From IMG/VR virus record IMGVR_UViG_2675903575_000014, positions 1 through 28,377 of that record: DNA of 28,377 nucleotides; one strand, given 5' to 3'. Of the stretch, positions 7,655 to 14,766 are shown one piece after another. Below the pieces are notes generated by a model that saw only the letters and a list, made by a program, of their open reading frames with translations, was not told the DNA's origin and searched no databases. A program made the translations under genes and the position numbers. Within the stretch, counting starts at the first letter, position 1. The number at the start of each line of letters is the position of its first letter. The stretch comes from a virus (taxonomy: Duplodnaviria > Heunggongvirae > Uroviricota > Caudoviricetes).

Positions 7655-8674
7655 ATGGCTAACGCTTGGCTCAGATTATGGCATGACATGCCAAATGACC
7701 CTAAGTGGCGAACAATTGCCAGGGTGTCAGGGCAGCCAATTGCAACAGTGATGGCAGTGTATATCCACCTCCTGGTGAGCGCGTCACGAAATGTCACGCG
7801 AGGTCACATTGATGTCACGACAGAAGATTTGGCAAGTGCGCTCGACGTGACAGAAGAGGTAATTGATTCAATTTTGCAGACGATGCAGGGGCGGGTACTT
7901 GATGGTGATTTAATCACTGGATGGGAAAAACGCCAGGTACTGAAAGAGGACAATGGCAACGTTTCACAAACCGCGAAATCCCCGGCAGAGCGCAAGAGAG
8001 CGCAGCGCGAGAGGGAAAAATTACGAAAACAGAATGAGGGGTGTCACGACGAGTCACGCATATGTCACGACATGTCACGACGAGTCACGACAGATAAAGA
8101 TACAGATAAAGAATTAAACCCCACACATAACGCGCGCGTGCGCGAGAGAGCTACGACCAGTGAGTCGAACGGTACGCCATCGCAGACACCGGAGCCCGAA
8201 TATCTGGACGGCATGAGCGAACCCATCGGGAAATTTCCGATGACCGATGGCTGGCATCCGTCGCCGGATTTTCGACGACGGGCTGCTCTGTGGGGAGTGG
8301 CTCTGCCTGAGCCGGAATTTACACCAGCTGAATTTGCAGCCTTCCGGGACTACTGGGCAGCGGAGGGGAAAGTGTTCACGCAGATTCAGTGGGAGCAGAA
8401 ATTCGCCCGTCACGTAAATCACGTCAGGGCGCAGGTTAAACCAGTCAGCAAGGGGGTAAACCATGCAGCAGCACCAGGTGGCACCGCATCACGAGCAGTT
8501 CAGGAAATTCGGGCAGCACGTGAGCAGTGGGAACGTGAAAACGGATTTATCAGCGACGGAAACGGCCTGGAAGCTGTGGGAACTCATGGGGGAGGTTTAT
8601 TCGAACCGCTGGACCCAGAAGAACGGGGCCGCACCTTCGAAGCTCTGGATTGCACAGATTGGCGCGATGACTGA
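7655..8674 (+). CDS. Replication initiator (O-like replisome organiser with DnaT-like C-terminal domain)
   Basis: ATG at 7655 with GAGGTG SD. N-terminal MANAWLRLWHDMPNDPKWR... resembles phage replisome-organiser N-domains; C-terminal PEFTPAEFAAFRDYWAAEGKVFTQIQWEQKF resembles DnaT-like domains. Contains two iteron clusters. The last ~70 codons overlap the P-like gene in another frame. Confidence 0.75.
   Translation: MANAWLRLWHDMPNDPKWRTIARVSGQPIATVMAVYIHLLVSASRNVTRGHIDVTTEDLASALDVTEEVIDSILQTMQGRVLDGDLITGWEKRQVLKEDNGNVSQTAKSPAERKRAQREREKLRKQNEGCHDESRICHDMSRRVTTDKDTDKELNPTHNARVRERATTSESNGTPSQTPEPEYLDGMSEPIGKFPMTDGWHPSPDFRRRAALWGVALPEPEFTPAEFAAFRDYWAAEGKVFTQIQWEQKFARHVNHVRAQVKPVSKGVNHAAAPGGTASRAVQEIRAAREQWERENGFISDGNGLEAVGTHGGGLFEPLDPEERGRTFEALDCTDWRDD
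7783..7819 (+). repeat. Iteron-like direct repeats, cluster 1 (four GTCAC(G/A) copies at 10-bp spacing)
   Basis: GTCACG at 7783, 7793 and 7814 and GTCACA at 7803, one helical turn apart, inside the O-like gene. Confidence 0.45.
8043..8094 (+). repeat. Origin iterons, cluster 2 (five GTCACG(AC) copies at 10-11-bp spacing, followed by an AT-rich stretch)
   Basis: GTCACGAC at 8043, 8064, 8074 and 8084 and GTCACGCA at 8053, then AT-rich cagataaagatacagataaagaattaaa. This is the classic lambdoid ori-within-O arrangement. Confidence 0.6.
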
Positions 8675-9128
8675 GCAGCAAATCCGTCAGGTCTGCCGCC
8701 AGTGCATGGACCGCTGCCGGACGGGTGAAACATGGCCTCCGGACCTGGCTGAGTTTGTGGCGCTGATTTCGGAGAGTGGGGCAAATCCATTTGGTCTGAC
8801 GGTGGATGCTGTGATGGAGGAGTACCGCCGCTGGCGCAATGAGTCCTGGCGATACGACGGAAGTGATAAGTACCCGTGGTCTCAGCCTGTGCTGTATCAC
8901 ATTTGCCTCGAGATGCGTTCAAAGGGGATTGAGCGCCAGATGACCGAAGGGGAGTTAAAACGGCTTGCAGAATGGCAACTGACGAAATGGGCAAAGCATG
9001 TTGGTAATGGCCTGAGCATTCCGCCAGTCCGGCGACAACTGGCAGCACCAAAACGCCCGTCGGGACCAACGCCAATTGAGTTGCTGAAACAGGAGTATGA
9101 ACGCCGGAAAGCGGCTGGTTTTGTTTGA
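8463..9128 (+). CDS. Replication protein P-like (helicase loader family, 221 aa)
   Basis: AAGGGGG SD then ATG at 8463. Residues about 40-150 align by eye with lambda P (lambda ...EIRRQWVLAFRENGITTMEQVNAGMRVARRQ... vs here ...[31 protein letters not shown]...; lambda YPWKSNAHYWL vs here [11 protein letters not shown]). Confidence 0.7.
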   Translation: MQQHQVAPHHEQFRKFGQHVSSGNVKTDLSATETAWKLWELMGEVYSNRWTQKNGAAPSKLWIAQIGAMTEQQIRQVCRQCMDRCRTGETWPPDLAEFVALISESGANPFGLTVDAVMEEYRRWRNESWRYDGSDKYPWSQPVLYHICLEMRSKGIERQMTEGELKRLAEWQLTKWAKHVGNGLSIPPVRRQLAAPKRPSGPTPIELLKQEYERRKAAGFV

Positions 9129-9162
9129 GTTGAGAAGTAATTTTTACCGGGAGGAAATTTTA

Positions 9163-9933
9163 ATGGAAACCGTTTTTGATGCACTGAAAGCAATGGGAAA
9201 AGCCACGTCGGTAGAACTGGCTGCGCGACTTGATATCAGTCGTGAAGAGATACTGAACGAGCTGTGGGAACTGAAAAGAAATGGCGTCGTTGATAAAACT
9301 GGTCACACCTGGTTTCTGGCTGGCGAAGGTGAATCCGGGGTAACCGAAGAGCAGCCAGCACAATCTGAAGTACCGGATGTGCTAACCGGGGTGGTCGAAC
9401 AAAAAGTTACCGCTGACATGATGATTGAGTTTATCGGTCAGGAGGGGGCTAAAACGTGTGAGGAACTGGCGAGTAAGTTCGGTGTCAGCACTCGCAAGGT
9501 TGCTTCCACGCTGGCGGTAGTAACCGCAACGGGGCGGCTGGCACGCGTTAATCAGAACGGTAAATTTCGTTACTGCCTGCCGGACGGTAATTTACCAGCA
9601 GAGCCGAAAGTTGTATCGGTAGCGAAAACACCTGGTAAAGGCTTTCCTCAGCCAGCCGGTTTTGCGTTACCAGTACAGGACGCGGCAACACAGGAAGAAA
9701 TTAAAACAGAAACTGTGGCGGACCTTGTGCAGTCACTGCCATCGTTCACTGAAACGCGAGCGAATGGCCTGATTTTACCATCGCTGCATATGGCAAACCG
9801 TGAACTGCGTCGGGCGAAAAGTCATGTCCAGAAGTGGGAGCGAGTCTGCGCCGCGCTGCGGGAGCTGAACAAGCACCAGGATATTGTCCGACAGATTGTC
9901 GATTCCTCCAGTCGTATTGTGTCGGAAAAGTGA
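9163..9933 (+). CDS. Hypothetical protein with tandem winged-helix-like segments (256 aa)
   Basis: GGGAGGA SD before the ATG at 9163; two helix-turn-helix-like segments ([26 protein letters not shown] and [22 protein letters not shown]). Confidence 0.6.
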   Translation: METVFDALKAMGKATSVELAARLDISREEILNELWELKRNGVVDKTGHTWFLAGEGESGVTEEQPAQSEVPDVLTGVVEQKVTADMMIEFIGQEGAKTCEELASKFGVSTRKVASTLAVVTATGRLARVNQNGKFRYCLPDGNLPAEPKVVSVAKTPGKGFPQPAGFALPVQDAATQEEIKTETVADLVQSLPSFTETRANGLILPSLHMANRELRRAKSHVQKWERVCAALRELNKHQDIVRQIVDSSSRIVSEK

Positions 9934-9949
9934 TTCCTGGGGAGGGCTT

Positions 9950-10372
9950 ATGGCAAAAGTATTTACACAGAAAGAGCGAGAAAAAATTAAAGGGCAGATT
10001 GTTGATCTCGTACGCCAGAGCGGGCGAGAGACGTTACGACAACTGGAAGCTAAAACGGGGGCGACAAGATATCTGATAAGCGTTCTTGCCAGAGAGTTGG
10101 TTGCGAGCGGTGATGTATACAACTCTGGCTGCGGGTTATTCCCGTCTGAACAGGCTCGTAAGGACTGGCAAAACGCCCGCAAAAAGCTCTCAAGGGCAAA
10201 GGTGAAGAAAACGGTTGTGGTTGATCCGGACCTTATCTGGTCATTACCTGACGGAGAAATACGTCGCTACGACAGTCGTCTAAACATAATCTGTCGCGAG
10301 TGCCGGAAGAGCGAAGTTATGCAGCGCATACTGGCATTTTATCAGGGAAATGTTTGGTATTTATTGAAATGA
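9950..10372 (+). CDS. Hypothetical protein (140 aa) with N-terminal winged-helix-like segment and C-terminal CxxC
   Basis: GGGGAGGG SD before the ATG at 9950; basic; conserved nin-region position. Confidence 0.55.
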   Translation: MAKVFTQKEREKIKGQIVDLVRQSGRETLRQLEAKTGATRYLISVLARELVASGDVYNSGCGLFPSEQARKDWQNARKKLSRAKVKKTVVVDPDLIWSLPDGEIRRYDSRLNIICRECRKSEVMQRILAFYQGNVWYLLK

Positions 10373-10564
10373 CGAGATTAAAGAGCATTAGTTCAGATAT
10401 TAATTGACACTTCGGTTGCATAAGACTAGAACTACTGTGATTGGCATCTTTGTGCCAAAAACGGACATTACAGTGTATGGTTAATTCTGCCTGTCAAATA
10501 ACTTACATTCATCAAATGTTCGAAATTATGACTTAGCTCAACAATTAGGTTTAGCATGGGTCAT

Positions 10565-10596
10565 ATGACTAGAGTGCAGCAACTTTCTGCTATAAT
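10565..10596 (+). promoter_or_regulatory. Putative promoter with extended -10 (TGcTATAAT) for the KTSC gene
   Basis: TATAAT at 10591-10596 preceded by TG; AAGGA SD and ATG at 10613 follow. Lies in an AT-rich intergenic region. Confidence 0.4.
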
Positions 10597-10612
10597 TTAA
10601 TAAGGATAAAAA

Positions 10613-10840
10613 ATGCCAGCTTATGCTAATAAAGGCGGTAATTCGGGTATAGTGTTTTATGAGGTTACTCCAGATGCTATCACAGTACAGTTTAAAGATG
10701 GATGGAAATACGTTTACGATTCTACAAAACCAGGGGCTTTAACGGTCTCTAGGATGAAAGAGTTAGCCCAGGCTGGGCATGGGCTAAATAGTTTTATTAG
10801 TAGTGTGGTTAAGAAAAATTTCTCACGTAAATACCTTTAA
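10613..10840 (+). CDS. KTSC-domain protein (75 aa)
   Basis: Size and motif pattern (GIVFYEVTPDAITVQFKDGWKYVYDS...) fit the small KTSC domain family found in phages; AT-rich codon usage. Family assignment is by eye. Confidence 0.6.
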   Translation: MPAYANKGGNSGIVFYEVTPDAITVQFKDGWKYVYDSTKPGALTVSRMKELAQAGHGLNSFISSVVKKNFSRKYL

Positions 10841-10847
10841 TTTTAAT

Positions 10848-10874
10848 TGAGGGTGGGAAGGACTATCACCCTCA
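10848..10874. terminator. Hairpin between convergent genes (possible bidirectional terminator)
   Basis: 8-bp stem TGAGGGTG / CACCCTCA with an 11-nt loop between the KTSC gene (+) and the OLD gene (-); weak T-tract. Confidence 0.3.
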
Positions 10875-10993
10875 TAATTCTTCACCATTCAATCAAGAGC
10901 AATTCAAGGTGATTTTTTCTGTACATAGTCGGTTAGTTAGCACTTCGTAATTTATTGAATAGAAGGCTTTTGGAACAGTATCTTCACTCGTGC

Positions 10994-12874
10994 TTATCGC
11001 CCAGCAGATTTAGCAAGAATAGTCTCGAGCATTTCTGGTACGTTGCCTTTAGCATTGATAGTTGCTGTTCGGTAAGCTAGTTGATTTTTTGAGAGATTGA
11101 TTCCTGTAAGTGCTTCAATTTCGTTGCAGGCCTTACCCCATTCTACCCAGTTTTCAGACAAAAAAGATTCAAGATGATCCGCAAATATAGCAATATCATT
11201 AGTAACTGTTGCAGCTGGAAAATCCTCTTCGGGCATACCAAAGTATCTAAGCAGACTTCGATTCTCCATTGCGTGATTATTCCGCTCGGCATCGATAGCT
11301 CCCTGCATTTTATTTTTCGCTTTGGCACGAGCTTCAAAACCCGCATCTGCATCGAAAAGCGCGAAAACAGGAACGCCAATTGTACTTAGAATCGCATGGG
11401 CAAGTGGGATTGATGTCTTTGAACCTACAGGAACAATAGAGATGCCAGCGGCTTCAAGCGAGCCGTGTGACTTCCTGTCGCCAATTCCATAAAACACCGA
11501 TAATTCTGTTGTCCCTTCTACCAGAAAAGCTCTTTGGGCAAAGAGAGCTATTGAAAGCTGATCAGCTACATTATGGCCAAGCCTTCTATCAACTACTTCG
11601 GCATTAACAATTCCTTTTAATTTATCTTTGACATCTTCGATGGTTGCAAAGTGAACAGAAACAACGGGGTTTGCATCAGATGTTCGTGTCAATCGTCTAA
11701 TCTGGTTGAAATGGCGAGCTTCAAGAAAGTATGGGCTGTGAGTCGCATATGTTATCTGTATGCGCTTATCCGCATCTTCGGCGAGTTCTCTGAGTACTTT
11801 TGCAAATGCTTGTGCTTGGATCGGATGCTGAAATAATTCTGGTTCTTCGATCGCAAGGCAAATAACACCTTCGGTAGAGGCTGCACCAGACTGAGCTAAT
11901 AATTGGAGAGCAGAGATCAGTATCGTGCGTTGAAAGCCGTGCCCTTGCCTTTCGACTGCTGTTTCGGTTGTGCCATCAAGCACAGAAACTTCGAATGTGG
12001 TCTTGGGGGCCTTCAGTTCGATATTTGCAGGGGTAACTGTAACAGCACGACCGGGGGAGTAAGTCGTAACTACGGCGTTCAACTGCGCCGTCATATCCGC
12101 AAGTTGGGTTTCGAATTTTTCTTTGTAGACTTTCTGCTGCTGGACTCGGGATTCTTCAACAATCTTTGCAATTTCCTCATCTGCGGCGGTGCGATCAATC
12201 GAACGTTCAAGAATTCGACCAATAATACTCGCCTTGCCATCGAGAGACTCTTCACTGGCACGAAGATCTGCTGTTACCAAAACGTAATCAAAGAGACCGC
12301 TCATCTTGCCGCCACTGTTGAAACCGAAAAAGTTGGTTTGTAGGGATTCAAGTGCCTCATGTAGTAATTCTGTATGTGATGCTTCCCATGCAGTCATTGC
12401 TTCTTCGACAGCAAGCCCGGTCTTGGCAACGGGAAGATTGAATTCAGGATGTGCTTCTCGAAGAGCGTTGTACAAATCCTTCTTCGCTGTTGCTCCATTA
12501 GCAGCTTTAATATCGTTAAAATAAGGGAAACTTTTTGCGTTGGCAGAAAGCCTTTCTGAACCGTCGGGCGCGCGTAGCCTCCAGGCAGTGAATGTTGCTG
12601 CTCCCTGCGGAGCGTATTTGCCAAGTGCTTCACGATCTCTCTCAGTGAGGTTTGAGAAGGTAACCTGTACCTCAATATCTTTATCAATAGTTCCAAATGA
12701 GCAATCTTTTTCATTTAACATCCCGACCTTACCGTTGAAGAACCAATCAAGTGCTCGGAGAACAGTAGATTTACCTGCCCCATTCGGGCCAATGAACGTT
12801 GTAACGGAATCGAAGGGAATATTTATATCTGTCAAAGTACGAAAGTTTTTTATCCTAACGGAATGAATTTTCAT
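10994..12874 (-). CDS. OLD-family ATP-dependent nuclease (N-terminal ABC-type ATPase plus C-terminal Toprim; 626 aa); class 1 OLD or fused PARIS AriA-AriB-like
   Basis: Walker A GPNGAGKST (residues 30-38); Walker B-like VICLAIEEPELFQHP; H-loop-like YATHSPYF; C-terminal Toprim-like FLVEGTTE, VPVGSKTS and FALFDADAG. No adjacent UvrD-like helicase gene. AT-rich relative to flanking phage genes. Confidence 0.8.
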   Translation of the reverse strand: MKIHSVRIKNFRTLTDINIPFDSVTTFIGPNGAGKSTVLRALDWFFNGKVGMLNEKDCSFGTIDKDIEVQVTFSNLTERDREALGKYAPQGAATFTAWRLRAPDGSERLSANAKSFPYFNDIKAANGATAKKDLYNALREAHPEFNLPVAKTGLAVEEAMTAWEASHTELLHEALESLQTNFFGFNSGGKMSGLFDYVLVTADLRASEESLDGKASIIGRILERSIDRTAADEEIAKIVEESRVQQQKVYKEKFETQLADMTAQLNAVVTTYSPGRAVTVTPANIELKAPKTTFEVSVLDGTTETAVERQGHGFQRTILISALQLLAQSGAASTEGVICLAIEEPELFQHPIQAQAFAKVLRELAEDADKRIQITYATHSPYFLEARHFNQIRRLTRTSDANPVVSVHFATIEDVKDKLKGIVNAEVVDRRLGHNVADQLSIALFAQRAFLVEGTTELSVFYGIGDRKSHGSLEAAGISIVPVGSKTSIPLAHAILSTIGVPVFALFDADAGFEARAKAKNKMQGAIDAERNNHAMENRSLLRYFGMPEEDFPAATVTNDIAIFADHLESFLSENWVEWGKACNEIEALTGINLSKNQLAYRTATINAKGNVPEMLETILAKSAGR

Positions 12875-13295
12875 TTTGCTTCCCTTCCCAATATTGTGCC
12901 TTTTGATCAGTTATCTGATTAGATGTCGGAAAAATCACCCATGGGTATAGACTATGCGAAAAGCCATTGGTTGACTACCTCAATGTATCCTGTATCAACA
13001 ATGAAAATGTCCGTTCTTCGCTCACAGAGTTAGTGCGACAGCTTCGCACCAAGAGCTGACATTGTAATATCCGACAGGCTATTGCCTGTCAGTTAAGGGA
13101 GCAGTTACGTGTTATAAAAGGTCAGGCGGGATCCTGACTAGGCGTGTTTAAAGAAGTGCTGGTGGTGAGCGGGTGTTGTGTCCAATTTCCACAGAAAAAA
13201 AATCTGAGAAACTATACCCAATAGTTGTATTGAATCACTGACGAGACAGCCTCATATTTATCAGGACTGGCGTACGTCCAATTCAGGAGGTTGTC

Positions 13296-13385
13296 GTGCT
13301 GGTTCTCAAATGTGCGCTAGCTATTGCGGCTGTAATGGCAATTTATTGTCTTGCTGTTGTTCTTACGGATCGCCTTTCTGATTGA
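13296..13385 (+). CDS. Candidate small hydrophobic peptide (29 aa; VLVLKCALAIAAVMAIYCLAVVLTDRLSD from a GTG start)
   Basis: Perfect AGGAGG SD 5 nt upstream of the GTG; single predicted transmembrane helix followed by a charged tail, like type I toxins or a truncated Hok N-terminus. Confidence 0.3.
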   Translation: MLVLKCALAIAAVMAIYCLAVVLTDRLSD

Positions 13386-13469
13386 TTTTATATTGGCGAG
13401 GTGACGTGAGTTAAGTAGAATTGCTGCGGGTGCTTGAGGCTATCTGTCTCAGGCATGAACACCAAAGGC

Positions 13470-13560
13470 AGATAGAGAAAAGCCCCAGTTAACATTACGC
13501 GTCCTGCAAGACGCTTAACATTAATCTGAGGCTCAATCTATGAACGGCAAATCTAGGTTA
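13470..13560 (-). ncRNA. Predicted Sok-like antisense RNA of the hok locus (position approximate)
   Basis: Inferred from hok/sok family architecture. The leader (gcttgaggctatctgtctcagg ... ggcagatagagaaaagcccc) resembles, from my memory of R1, the hok mRNA 5' region. No explicit promoter was mapped. Confidence 0.25.
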
Positions 13561-13596
13561 GCCTCTTACGTGCCGAAAGGCAAGGAGAAGCAGGCT

Positions 13597-13752
13597 ATGA
13601 AGCAGCAAAAGGCGATGTTAATCGCCCTGATCGTCATCTGTTTAACCGTCATTGTGACGGCACTGGTAACGAGGAAAGACCTCTGCGAGGTACGAATCCG
13701 AACCGGCCAGACGGAGGTCGCTGTCTTCACAGCTTACGAACCTGAGGAGTAA
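13597..13752 (+). CDS. hok: Hok/Gef-family type I toxin (51 aa; MKQQKAMLIALIVICLTVIVTALVTRKDLCEVRIRTGQTEVAVFTAYEPEE)
   Basis: Single transmembrane helix followed by the conserved Cys-containing periplasmic tail typical of Hok/Gef; I recall this as matching E. coli HokD/RelF, unverified. An in-frame upstream ATG at 13540 gives a 70-aa mok-like extension. Confidence 0.85.
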   Translation: MKQQKAMLIALIVICLTVIVTALVTRKDLCEVRIRTGQTEVAVFTAYEPEE

Positions 13753-13820
13753 GAGACCTGGCGGGGGAGAAATCCCTCGCCACCTCTGATGTGTCAGGCA
13801 TCCTCAACGCACCCGCACTT

Positions 13821-13842
13821 AACCCGCTTCGGCGGGTTTTTC
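13821..13842 (+). terminator. Rho-independent terminator after hok
   Basis: ACCCGC-TTCG-GCGGGT hairpin followed by TTTT. Confidence 0.6.
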
Positions 13843-13967
13843 GTCGCATTATGAGGTTGTAATTTTAGCTACCATTAGACTATCCTAAGGATCTCAAACA
13901 GATCTATTTTGCATCAAATTTGGTGCATGGCTTTGCCAATAATCGGAAAACAAAAGGACTCATTAGT

Positions 13968-14147
13968 ATGAGCTGCCCACTCAAAAAACACACGCGGTTG
14001 AGTATTCCGCCTCGCGATAAAAGCGTTGTGGCAGTCCCTCGCCCAGCGATTGATGAAAACTGCGCACATCGTGAACAAGTGAAAAATGCTTTTGATTTCG
14101 GTTTTTCTCGTTATGAGAAAGCCATGGAAGAACTTTCAAAAGTGTAA
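13968..14147 (+). CDS. Candidate antitoxin for the Doc-like toxin (59 aa)
   Basis: Small ORF 19 nt upstream of the Doc-like gene; AAAGGA SD. No clear similarity to Phd; assigned by position only. Confidence 0.4.
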   Translation: MSCPLKKHTRLSIPPRDKSVVAVPRPAIDENCAHREQVKNAFDFGFSRYEKAMEELSKV

Positions 14148-14165
14148 TGATGGGTATTGTGCTCT

Positions 14166-14651
14166 ATGGCTGAGATTGTTGAAGGAGTGCATTACCTTAC
14201 GGTTGATGATCTTGTTGAAATCAATCGTTCCCTAATTGAATTACAGACGCCAGATGAGCCCGTTGGTGTTCTGAGTCCAGATAACTTAAGTTCTTCTCAG
14301 GCCCGTCCCAGCATGGTTCGATGGTATGAACAGACTAATGACATGTTTGTACTGGCATCGGTATTGATTGAAAGTCTGATTCAGAATCATCCGTTTGCTA
14401 ATGCGAACAAACGAACAGCTATGATGGCTGGTTACGTCTTCTTGTTGTTGAATGGCTATGAGTTAACAGCACCAGGCGATGAAATCGTGGAAATGGCAGA
14501 GGGACTGGCCTGCAAAACCTATACTCGAGAAGATCTCGAGAACTGGTTGTGTTATTGGTCTCGCGCGTATGACAGCCGGGAATTATGTAAAACAGGCGCA
14601 ACTATTGTTTTGTATGAAACTATCAAGCTTAGAATAGAACAGCAAAACTAA
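14166..14651 (+). CDS. doc: Doc-family toxin (Fic/Doc fold, 161 aa)
   Basis: HPFANANKRTA matches the Doc signature H-x-F-x-(D/N)-(A/G)-N-K-R (P1 Doc has HIFNDANKRTA). Size is appropriate and it is followed by a terminator. Confidence 0.8.
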   Translation: MAEIVEGVHYLTVDDLVEINRSLIELQTPDEPVGVLSPDNLSSSQARPSMVRWYEQTNDMFVLASVLIESLIQNHPFANANKRTAMMAGYVFLLLNGYELTAPGDEIVEMAEGLACKTYTREDLENWLCYWSRAYDSRELCKTGATIVLYETIKLRIEQQN

Positions 14652-14666
14652 AGGCGCTTCCAATGA

Positions 14667-14696
14667 AAACCCGCTTCGGCGGGTTTTGTTTTTTCC
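14667..14696 (+). terminator. Rho-independent terminator after doc
   Basis: AAAACCCGC-TTCG-GCGGGTTTTGTTTTTT; same hairpin core as the hok terminator. Confidence 0.6.
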
Positions 14697-14766
14697 GGGC
14701 ATTCTGGTTTACAATCTGCACGCCAGCCTGAACAACTGGCACCTGCTGCGCCAGCAGAGAAAACAG

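Noticed and set aside
7783-8094. Possible CRISPR array suggested by short direct repeats
   Set aside because: The repeats are 6-8 bp at 10-11-bp spacing inside a coding region, with no spacer-sized unique inserts and no cas genes; they are origin iterons.
8584-9075. 163-aa minus-strand ORF rich in Pro/Ser/Gly
   Set aside because: It lies entirely antisense to the P-like replication gene, which has clear homology to lambda P; it is a typical antisense shadow.
13540-13596. Separate mok gene overlapping hok in a different frame, as in plasmid R1
   Set aside because: Here the upstream ATG is in the same frame as hok, so there is no distinct overlapping mok frame; it is treated as an alternative upstream start.
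14686-14766. Upstream extension of the 14767..15045 ORF (track start at 14686)
   Set aside because: The track start is a TTG lying inside the T-tract of the doc terminator; the first plausible start is the ATG at 14767.
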